From assembly GCA_054661495.1 (NCBI GenBank), contig BAAFSQ010000072.1, positions 10,643 to 42,642 of the forward strand: a stretch of 32,000 bases of DNA, read 5' to 3'. The notes beneath the pieces are model-generated. The model worked only from the letters and a program-made list of their open reading frames with translations. It had not been told where the DNA came from and did no database searches. The position numbers and the translations under genes are program-made. The stretch comes from Zygophlyctis sp. KS116 (taxonomy: Eukaryota; Fungi; Chytridiomycota). Every line of letters begins with the position of its first letter. The stretch's first letter is position 1. Shown here one piece after another: positions 22,865 to 32,000 of the stretch.

Positions 22865-24648
22865 TCATTCAAACAACTTCCAATCTTCTGGTTTTAAATC
22901 ATCACAATCTCCAATAGTTTCTTTCATTATGTAATAAATAGATACCTATCGCCTCTTTGATTATGGTTCCAGATTTAGTAGAAAGCAGTTGGTCTTGAGC
23001 CAAAGTAAAACTTCTAATAGCCTCACGCTTTTTACCGAGTTGTTGATAGACACGACCCATCAAGTAATGTACATTACATTCAGCTACATGCCTGCCACAG
23101 AGGTCTTCTAAATTCTCCAATGCTTCCTTAAAATTTATAAATACATAATAATACCTCATATCGCTCCAATAAAGCCAAAACATGCGCTTTTCTAAATTTA
23201 TAAATTGGATGATCTGACAACGCCTCCGAGTGCTCAAATCCTGCTAGTGCTTCTTCCAAACGCTCTGGATCTTTCTGAATAACCTATTTTCAACAAAAGG
23301 ATAGATACCAAAGCCAAATGTGAATGCAATAAAGAATTATTTGGAAAAATTTCAAGAGATTTTTTGAAATGATATTCTGCCAGTAAATGTTTTTCCTGCT
23401 TAGAGAATACACACGCCAGCCCATACCAAGCATTATAGCTTCGAGAGTTTATTCGAATAGCTTCTCTAAATGCAGTTGCTGCATTATCGACATCATCATT
23501 GAGTAAATGTTCATGTCCGGAAAGAGTATGTCCATATGAAAAATATGGATCTATCTGAACTGCTTTCTGAAAACATTTGATTGCTTGATCATGATCCAAA
23601 GACCGACTAAAGACTTATTCACTATTCTTACCTAAACAGGTTACCAATGACACACCTTTCAATCAGTTACAACAACTTACCAAGTCTCTGGAGCAGAAGG
23701 ATGTAGACTCTGCAATTCACTTCCCAAATGACTTAATTCAACATCTTTTTTCAAATGCCATAATACAACTCCATATATATCCATGTATTCAATCCTTAAA
23801 GGCTGTAGTAGTCTTGAATCAGAAATTAAAGACATACCTGGCCTTTTGAAAATACCGTTCCGACTAATGTTATTCCTATCATAAATTACATCTAAATATT
23901 CATTAATTTCATAGAAAGCCTTTCCGAGAAGAGAATAAACCCAATATTTTTCAGAAACTTCCAAATCTAAAGACTTTAAAACTTGAATCGCTTCTTTTAT
24001 TCTATAATTTTCCAAGAGCATATATCCATGTGCTATACTTTTAACAATATTTACTTCTTGTCCATCCTCAATTTTACAAACTTCATTTAATTCGGACATT
24101 CCTTCTTTAATTCTCTTTCTAGCATTTGGGAGAACCTTGTCTTAAACTTGTAAAATTCAAACCTGTTTCCTTTTAACAATAGCAGTATTCTTTTTTAAAT
24201 TTTTCAAGAGTGGCCATTCTCTTTCAACTCCCAATTGCACCAATTCCTTAAAACTAGTCCATAAATACGGTTCCAACTCTAGTGCTTTAGTAAAAGACTC
24301 TATAGCTTCCTTGAATCTATTTAGTCTCTTTTGAATATTCCCCAACAATTCCCAAATCTGCGCCGAATTTTCCTTTTCCAATTCTGAAGACTCTGCCAAG
24401 TACTTTTTACAAGTATATTCTGCTTCCATGTATTCATGTAAATTATAATGACATTTTGCAACCAATGCTAGACTTGGCAAATGATTTTCCATTTTTACCA
24501 AAAAACTCAAAGATATTTTAAAGGAATTCAAGTGAAAATATGCCAGTCCAGAGTAATAGTTTGAATATTCATCATGTAAAAATTCTGCTAATTTCAATAC
24601 ATTTTCATAATTATGATTTTCAAGACTATTTTTTATCGCCTTCAACAT
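22865..24648 (-). CDS. CDC27: APC/C TPR subunit Cdc27/APC3
   Basis: AIKNSLENHNYENVLKLAEFL, ALELEPYLWTSFKELVQLG, LWHLKKDVELSHL, APETWCVIGNLFS, YGHTLSGHEH, YNAWYGL. Eight introns of 25-28 nt. Confidence 0.93.
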
Positions 24649-24688
24649 TTCTAAATAAAAACGACCTCTGGAATTTCTTAAAAATACC

Positions 24689-24934
24689 CTAACCTAGTAA
24701 ATTTCTTATTAATACTAGACTCTGAATCTGATTAGCTAGAGTAATTTCAGAACCTATAGTAGATAGATTATTTTCAACATTTTTAACCTTTAGATTTTTG
24801 ATGAGAAAAGATTGCACTTTTATGAGTTTATTTTTGATTGATTCTAATTCTTGTTTAGAGTCTGAGGCATCTTTTTCTAAAGATATATTTTCCAAAATAT
24901 TATGTAAATTCTCTAGAATAGATGGAATCTCCAT
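24689..24934 (-). CDS. Small helical protein, candidate Mediator subunit MED9
   Basis: ATG at 24934, 81 codons. ILENLHNILENI..KDASDSKQELESIKNKL resembles the MED9 pattern FLPLVHNIIKCMDKDS..VHQDLNALKSK (from memory). The 3' end is uncertain. Confidence 0.45.
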   Translation of the reverse strand: MEIPSILENLHNILENISLEKDASDSKQELESIKNKLIKVQSFLIKNLKVKNVENNLSTIGSEITLANQIQSLVLIRNLLG

Positions 24935-24967
24935 TTGATAAAAAGTGCCAAGGGTAGGGGTGTTAAA

Positions 24968-25561
24968 ATGATCAAGGCCGGAATCATTGTCAAGAGAATT
25001 CCTCAAATCACTAAAAATCTAGACAAATTATCACATTCTTATTACTTGCTGAAAAATGCCCAACAGGAAGATGCATCGAGACCCTTTGAAACTGAATTTT
25101 ATTTTAAAAAAGGATCGCTTGGAGAGTCAAAATGGAATTTGGAAAATTCTGGGAAAGTGGGATCACAAGTTAAACAACCGCTAGAAGAGTTGAAACTTGT
25201 CACAGATAGATCAGATCTTGAAAAATCAGATCAGTCATTGGATAGAAAATTAGAAAAAGATTTATTTTTAGTGCAACAATTCGAAAATTCTTGTTGGGAA
25301 TTTCCTTCTCAACAACTTTTAAAGGAAGAATTCTTGCATGAAACTTCAGATAGACTAATTAATTTAACTCTCGGAGAGGTTGATGTTTGGAGAGTGGGAC
25401 AAGCACCAATAGGGCATATAGATCAAACTTTCTTTATAAAGTATCATATTCTTCCTGGTTCTAATCCAAAAAGTGGGGCTTATGCTTGGTTAGATAAGGA
25501 TGAATGTAAAAGTAGAATGACTACAGAATATTATAGGGAAATACAAGATTTGATTAGTTAA
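24968..25561 (+). CDS. MRPL46: Mitochondrial ribosomal protein mL46 (yeast MRPL17-like)
   Basis: IKAGIIVKRIP, FYFKKGS, SLDRKLEKDLFLV, WEFPS, WRVGQAPIGH, YAWLDKDE. Intronless; first in-frame ATG at 24968. Confidence 0.88.
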   Translation: MIKAGIIVKRIPQITKNLDKLSHSYYLLKNAQQEDASRPFETEFYFKKGSLGESKWNLENSGKVGSQVKQPLEELKLVTDRSDLEKSDQSLDRKLEKDLFLVQQFENSCWEFPSQQLLKEEFLHETSDRLINLTLGEVDVWRVGQAPIGHIDQTFFIKYHILPGSNPKSGAYAWLDKDECKSRMTTEYYREIQDLIS

Positions 25562-27076
25562 CTTGTTTATTAGCCATTAAACTTTCTAAAAGTCCTAGTA
25601 TTTTCATCATGGATGTTATAGATTTGATTTCAACTTGTATTTTTTGAGATATCTTTAGAATTAGATCACATACTAGAGGTGATTGATGAACTACTACTGA
25701 ATACATGTCTAAAATAATATTAAAGAGCTTAATAAGTGTTTTAGAGTAGGCAGGAGTATTCATTTGTTTAAAAATGAAATTTAGTACGCTTAAAAGAGAA
25801 TCTTCATCCCTTCCACCTAATGCAGTTAATAAACCTTCACGATGTGCTAATTCTTTGATCATGCTCATGATGATTACTGGTGAATGATTCTAAGATTAAT
25901 TCAAAAAAGAAAAATTACCTTTTCTAAAACAGCGTCTAGTGCAGCTCTATACTGAAATGATTTTAAATATTTATCAAAAGGTGCTAGTCTTTTTCTTTTA
26001 GTAGACTGTATAGTTAAATCTTCTTCATGTCCTTTATAGTCTGCTCCTCTCTTAAAATGTGCAGGTGTACCACCTCTAATCTTTATGATCTTTTCTGTTT
26101 TTTGTTTTAATGGCATATTTTTAATAGATAATGTTCCATTTGAAGTTCCAATAACTAAACTTGAATCATTTTTATTCATTGCTAAAGACATTATTGGAGA
26201 AGAGTATTTAGCAGAGTAAAGTACTTTATAATCCACCAATGAATGTACTTTAAATGAATGATCCAAAGATCCACTTAATAAATGTGTTTTAGATCCATTT
26301 AGCTTAATGCAAGTTACAGTTTTAGAATGATTAATTAAACTTGTAACCAAATAACCACTTTTACCTCCACAAATATCAAATATACGTATTGCAGAACCAG
26401 CGGCAGCAGCCAAGAGTCCATTACCTGGTAATAATTGTAAAGATTCAACTGGAGCACCTACATTCCAAGTATGAACACTTTTATTCATTCTAGGATCCCA
26501 AACCTTTATAGTTTGATCATAAGACCCTGAAAATAAGAGATTTGATGAAATAGCTGCTGTTTTAATATAATCATCATGTTCCTCAAATACATTTATAGAA
26601 CTTTGGGAAGGAATATCCCAGTATGTAACAGTTTTATCACTAGAGGCAGACACTAGATGAGTTTTATCCTCCTTGAACCCAACGTAATTTACTGTCCCTG
26701 CATGCCCATTCAGTTGTCTTAGAATGGCTCTAGAATTTGCATCAAATATTTGAATTGAACCATTTTTCTCTCCAGTTGCAAGCAATGCACCATCAGATCT
26801 ATAATCTGCACACATGACATCACTCTTATTCCTAGAAATAGACTTTATAAGGTTTGCATCGGTTGCATAGATGCTTAATTTGTTTGCTGCAGCAATAAAA
26901 ATATTATTTTTCAATGGATGAAATTTTAAATCTGAAATTCCAAAGAATTCCTTGACAATGATTGGATTCTATCTATTATATAATGCAAAATGTACAGATA
27001 AGTGATCATAGATTGTAATTTCCTTTTTGTCAGTGGATTTCCATCCATAGACTGTATTCAACTTTTGATAACTCAT
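25554..27076 (-). CDS. UTP15: U3 snoRNP-associated WD40 protein Utp15
   Basis: YRSDGALL, IFDANSRAILRQL, HDDYIK, NHSKTVT, and C-terminal ELAHREGLLTALGGRDE. ATG at 27076 (MSYQKL); introns at 26969..26995 and near 25890..25918. Confidence 0.95.
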
Positions 27077-27138
27077 TGAAAGTTTTTTTAAAGAAAAATT
27101 TGTTGGTCTGATTTAGACCTGGACCTGCGGGACCATCT

Positions 27139-27234
27139 GATGCCATATGTGGTTCAGTAGGTTGGACCATAGGTGATGCCATAGGTTGGACCATAGGTGG
27201 TTCAGTAGGTGATGCCATAGGTTGGACCACAAGG
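27139..27234. repeat. Tandem 12-bp minisatellite, 8 units of three variants
   Basis: Units A=GATGCCATAGGT, B=GGTTCAGTAGGT, C=TGGACCATAGGT in the order A' B C A C B A C'. Confidence 0.9.
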
Positions 27235-27281
27235 CTCTGAGGAATTCAAACGGAGCGACAGTTTTTCCAACAAATTTTTTC

Positions 27282-28614
27282 ATGAGTCGATTGGTGATTT
27301 GTGGTTCAACAGACTGGGATGTGATTGGACGGAAAAAGAGCGGCACAGACTATCCTACGCCAGTAGTATATGCGCAGTCTAGTGAAATTAATCTGAAATA
27401 TGCAATAAGTTCAAATTCTTCTGTTCATAGCGTGTTGATTGACGGTAATCAGATTCTACTCACAAAGTAGAGGATGGGTGTGCTTACACGTTTGGGAGAA
27501 ATGAAAAGGGACAGCTAGGACATTCTAATGCTTCAACTAGCGATTTGTATAAAGTTGAATTAGAGGAAAAGGTAGTCCATGCTGCAACTGGAAGAGGTCA
27601 TTCACTGTTAGTCACTGAATCAGGAGATGTTTACGCGGCTGGAGATAATAAATCTTATCAATGTGGATATTCAAAAGATGTGTCTGGGTTTTCAAAGGTT
27701 GATATTAGTGAACACATTATAAAAGTTGCTGCAGGAATTGATTTTTCTTTGGGTTTGACAAAGGATGGTAAAGTTTGGTCTTGGGGGAATCCTCAATATG
27801 GTCAGTTGGGTCATGGAAGTGATCAACAATATATTGGGAAAGGAAATAAGGTTGTTTTTGAGCCTCAATTGCCCAAATTGATTGCAAAATTGGATGATAA
27901 GAAGATAATGGATATTCAATGTGGCTCAAATCATAGTTTGGTTGTGGATAATACTGGTTCTATTTATATTTGGGGATGTGCAGGGTAAATTAGAATTGGT
28001 TTACATTAGTTATGGTCGGTTAGGATTAAATGAGACACCACCAAGAGATGTAATGGTTCCTACAGAAGTTCCTGGGTTTAAAAATCGTAATAATTATGTT
28101 AAAAAGATTGCTTGTGGTCCTACATGCTGTATGGTGACGGATTCAAGAGATGCTCTCTTTGTTTGGGGCAAATGGAAGAATTCTGGGGATGGAGGTCAAG
28201 GAACACCATGGTTATATCCACGATATTTTGATGGTTTATCTGGATGGAAAATAGATGATATTGCTTGTGGTGGTGTCTCTTTGTTTGTAATTTCTGAGAA
28301 ATCTACCATTAGTTGGGGTACTGTTTGAAATATTTGAAACAATAGGTCAAGGTGCTAGTAATGGAGAACTTGGTCATGGAGAGGGAAAACCTCGTTCTGC
28401 TACTAATGCTGTTAAAGTTGATGCTCTTGAAGGAGTGCATGCTAATTCAGTCTCTTGTGGATTGGGAACCACTTTAGTACTGATTGATGCTTCAGATCCT
28501 CTCTTATCTTCGCTAGGACAGTCTGAAGGCTCCCCAACAGTTATCACTTCTTCGCCCAAAAAGAGAAAGTCTGTAAAAGCTGATACAGAAAAAGCCAATA
28601 AAAAGAAAAAATAA
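27282..28614 (+). CDS. RCC2: RCC1-repeat protein, RCC2/TD-60-like
   Basis: N-terminal LVICGSTDWDVIGRK, WGNPQYGQLGHGSD, YGRLG, DGLSGWKI, GELGHG..KPRSA; C-terminal NLS-like PKKRK...KKKK. Three introns of 25-28 nt. Confidence 0.82.
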
Positions 28615-28615
28615 T

Positions 28616-29077
28616 CTATTGATCTGGATTTGATGGCTCGTAGCCTCTTCGAGCATTATATTCTTGAATCTTCTTCTTGATTGCTTTTCCACTTCCCCTT
28701 CCCATACCAGCCTGAGGAGGTAATTCCATTGCACCATCCTTGTTTGGACAAGGAGGATGAGGAAACACAAAATCCTGATCCATTGTGATGATGGCTTTCT
28801 TGAAATCTGGGCGTTTAAATGCTCGTCCTCCCATTTTCATTTTTATTTTCCCCAAGTAATTCATTGTGCGAACATTGGTTATAGTAATATTGTATAATTT
28901 TGAAAGATAGTCCTGAATATCCACCTTTGAAAGCTGAGGTGGCACCTTGAAAACCGCTTGATGAGGGGGGAACTGAGGAGATCGAACTAGTCTGAATATT
29001 ATATTCGGAAAGTAAAGTTTAGATCCAGCTTAATATCAATTTTATTATTAAAAAATACCAGGCAATGGAAATGGCAT
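28616..29077 (-). CDS. MRP20: Mitochondrial ribosomal protein uL23m
   Basis: MPFPLP|AGSKLYFPNIIFRLVR...AVFKVPPQLSKVDIQDYLSKLYNI...VRTMNYLGK...KKAII....DFVFP. 30-nt intron at 29029..29058. Confidence 0.9.
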
Positions 29078-32000
29078 TTAGCGAATAGATGAAACCTCGG
29101 ATTGGACGGTTCTATTTTTTTAAAAAAAAGGATAATTTTACCGATGGATGGCGCACAAAAAGTCTACATAAGACAAATTATCCACAGTCTTGTCTTCAAT
29201 TAAAAATGAGTTCATTTCCTTTTCTAAGAGGATATCCATTCCTTGGCGTATAATTTGCAGGTGAAGATATCGACGACGCTCAGATCGGACTTGGGAAATG
29301 AGAGACACAACTCTTTTAGAAGTATCAGAGTCTCTTTCAGCTATAATATGCTAACTTTAACTTAATTATCCCTACCTGATGTATATCGACTTCATCTAAA
29401 CTGTTTACTCCAAAAACGTCCTCTAAAAATGACGAACTTATTCCACGACTGATCCAGAGGATCATCTGCTGTCCATTTTCTAAAATGTATGCTCCAGACT
29501 GATCCAATCTTTCGCATGAGACTCTAACAAAAGGAGGGTATTGAATTTGATTGTATTCATTGAGATCTCCATACTAGAATTAATAGATATAACTTACAGG
29601 GGCTTCAAGATTATGAATTGGAAACATCCGCGGGTAGAAAAATGGTACTGTTTCAGCGACTCCCATGTTGTATAGAGATCTCATATGGAAAACTCTTTGG
29701 TCAGAGTTGATGTATGCGCCACCACGAAAAACTTTGGCTTTTAAAAGTGAAAGCGTATAAACTGGGTAAAGCTTAAAAGATTCAGGCAATACAAGCTACG
29801 ATTAATTAATTAAATCGATACCTGACCAGCTGCAGTAACAGAAGCACAGTTCAGACGGTAAGACGACAGAACCTTCACACAAGACGCCTCAAATTTTTCT
29901 CGAATCTGTTTTAAGGGGATAGAGGACATCATGGATATCGACATTTTTGATGTGTAATTAATTACAGTATCAAGATCTGCGCTTTTGAAAACTGAGCTAA
30001 GACTGTTAGTGTGTCCTATCGCCAAATTATGAATTCTAATGCGACGCTGCCCCTCTGATGTAGTATAGAGTAAAGCAGCTTGTATATATGAATCACCTCG
30101 CTCTTCCAGCTTCGAATCGTGTGCTAAACATACACCAAATGATTTGAGAGAGTCAATACCAGCCAGCTCAAGATCAGTAGAGTTTCGCATATAGAAGTTT
30201 CCAAAATGATCTTCTATTTTCAACCCTGTGTAATAAAAATTCAAAATAAATACCATTCGAAGCACGAAGACGTAGAAGTGCATCAAAGCCAAATGATCTT
30301 GATAGCAAGTACTTCAAATCGTTACCAAATTTCATTCCATCCCTAGTTGCATCAAAACTGGGATATAAGAAAATGTCACCGCCAGATAAAGCTGAAACGC
30401 ACCCTGAATATTACGATTTTTAATCAAATACCTATTGTGGCGACATCTACATATGTACTGGGAAATAGAAACATATCGACACATACACCACTAGATGCAC
30501 AATCCTGGCCTAACTTTCTCCAGTAAAACTCTTGAGGCTCATAAAGAGACTTTTCTTGGTCAGTGCCCAAGATTTTCATTTCTTCTCTATTTTTCAAGGC
30601 GCCCGGTCCATAAGAGGGCAAAACCGTCTGAAATACAATCAATTTACCTCCAAAAGATTTCTAAAACGTTTTAAACAATTAATTTAAATACCAGTGCTTC
30701 AAAGCCGGCAGTCAAAGCAGGACCTAAGGCAGGTTCAGTTAATCGATTTGAACCAAAAATTACTGGGATAGTGTCTAATAATGATATTATCACCTCCCTA
30801 CCGTCACTAATAGTATTCATACCTTGACTGTTCTGGGTCTACTAGAAATCCTGATTGTAATGGCATAAATGATTCGGATATATCGGAAAGAACCATCATT
30901 TGTGGTTGATCTAGCGCCGCCTTCAATATCAAGGATTAATTATCTTACGGAAAGATTATAAAAATGAATATCCTTATCAAAAGTCATGATTGCGACCTTG
31001 GCACCATCTGGCAATTTCTGATGACCAGAAAACAAAAAATCTTTTATGGTGTATAGTGCGGTCAAAAGAAGGCCGCTTTGAATTGAATGCCAGGATACAT
31101 CTATAGCGAATACATAAGAAACTGGCAATGCGGGGCGTGCCATAAATTCCTAAAAATTATTGAACGATCGAAAACCTTTGTAGCAATAAATTCTACAGAA
31201 CCTCTACATAATTCAGGTCTTTGCTGAGCATCTACACGTCTTCCATTCATGTCTAAATTTGCAAAATATTCAGTTGGCACCGTATTTTCAAAAGTGCAAA
31301 TATTACAAACAAACTTTCTTCCTCCATCAGTGAATAAAAAATATGGATTGATATACGCTTTACATCTATCACAGCGAATTGGCCCATTTTCACCAAAATC
31401 AACAACTTGAATAGGAGTTTCACGAGGATCCAATTCTGCTAAAGGCTGTAATATGAGTCCTAAAGGAAATCCAGCGGACTTCATCAAATCGTCCGTGATC
31501 GGTAAGCTATTTGTAGTCGCTCTCATAAATCGAGGATTACAATTGCCTACATCGTTATAAGCTGAAAATTTAGTTGTACCTTCATCATACGCAACAAATT
31601 GTGTAGATGCCATTGGCGGAGAAGTCCTTGAAGAAGTAATATAAGGAGTCGATAAGTATGTTTCTTGATCTGCCAGCTGGACAGCTAATGGGCTTGGAAT
31701 TTGATCCGGATGGATTTTATAACGGCCTTGCTGTTGCTGTGCCCCTGCAGGGACTCCAGGAGCCATTTTATCTACACCATTGAAACGCTGCTGGTTCATT
31801 CCAGGCTGTTCTTGTTGTGGGTATCCTTGCTGTCCTTGTTGTGGGTATCCTTGCTGTCCTTGTTGTGGGTATCCTTGCTGTCCTTGTTGTGGATATACCT
31901 GCTGCCCTTGCTGAGGATAACCTTGCTGTGCCTGCTGTGAATATGCCTGCTGAGGATAGCCTTGCTGTGCCTGTTGTGGATAGCCTTGCTGTGCCTGTTG
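29078..32000 (-). CDS. SEC24: COPII coat subunit Sec24 (SEC24C/D / Sfb3-like), 5' end outside window
   Basis: Zinc finger PIRCDRCKAYINP...CNIC, RPELCRGSVEF, FAIDVS, QAALLYTTSEGQRRIRIHNL, LPESFKLYP, LIEDK...SYVDFLCAIHR. 11 introns of 24-33 nt in the window. Confidence 0.95.
31810..32000 (-). repeat. Coding 24-bp tandem repeat encoding QQ(G/A)QQGYP
   Basis: TTGTTGTGGGTATCCTTGCTGTCC occurs three times near-identically on +, flanked by degenerate copies; in frame with SEC24. Confidence 0.9.

Noticed and set aside
23813-23889. Apparent insertion in the CDC27 TPR region (VIYDRNNISRNGIFKRPGMSLISDSR)
   Set aside because: Explained by two introns (26 and 25 nt) around a micro-exon encoding SERYFQKAR; their lengths sum to a multiple of three.
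24982-26965. Inverted 13-nt match AATCATTGTCAAG (mL46 5' end and UTP15 exon 2) as transposon terminal repeats
   Set aside because: Both copies encode IIVK in conserved genes; no transposase or target-site duplication; probably coincidence.
27139-27234. CRISPR-like array
   Set aside because: Units are 12 bp with recurring variants and no unique spacers; eukaryotic context and no cas genes.
628-31940. Shadow ORFs (e.g. 628..816, 830..1018, 2750..2944, 3429..3671, 4342..4545, 6716..6991, 9466..9663, 15045..15248, 16810..17104, 17961..18248, 27692..27929, 28374..28770, 31701..31940)
   Set aside because: Antisense or off-frame to well-supported genes, with no recognisable motifs.
1-32000. Alternative genetic code, pseudogenes or programmed frameshifts to explain the fragmented ORFs
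   Set aside because: All breaks except the one near 2032-2105 are repaired by canonical short GT-AG introns under the standard code.

Overview
Gene-dense, AT-rich eukaryotic nuclear DNA, most likely from a zoosporic (chytrid-type) fungus. This is inferred from flagellar genes (IQCA1/DRC11, NPHP4) and nicastrin occurring alongside fungal-like housekeeping genes. Manual splicing resolves about 17 protein-coding genes: nicastrin (partial), mitochondrial IF3, an uncharacterised coiled-coil gene (possibly two), IQCA1, GPI18/PIG-V, OTU2/OTUD6B, APC1, NPHP4, ERH, a FIRRM/C1orf112-like gene, CDC27, a MED9-like small ORF, mL46, UTP15, RCC2-like, uL23m and SEC24 (partial). No rRNA, tRNA, CRISPR or mobile element is supported. 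The main signal is architectural. (i) About 85 hand-counted GT-AG introns are almost all 24-33 nt, with TAG>AAG>CAG acceptors. (ii) Two same-strand gene pairs have zero-gap stop/start junctions: IF3-TGATG-nicastrin and SEC24-TAAATG-uL23m. (iii) Two divergent pairs have start codons only 26 and 33 nt apart, and convergent stops lie 1-10 nt apart or overlap. (iv) A shuffled three-variant 12-bp GC-rich repeat sits in the UTP15/RCC2 divergent promoter. All exon structures and family calls come from manual reading and remembered motifs, not database searches.
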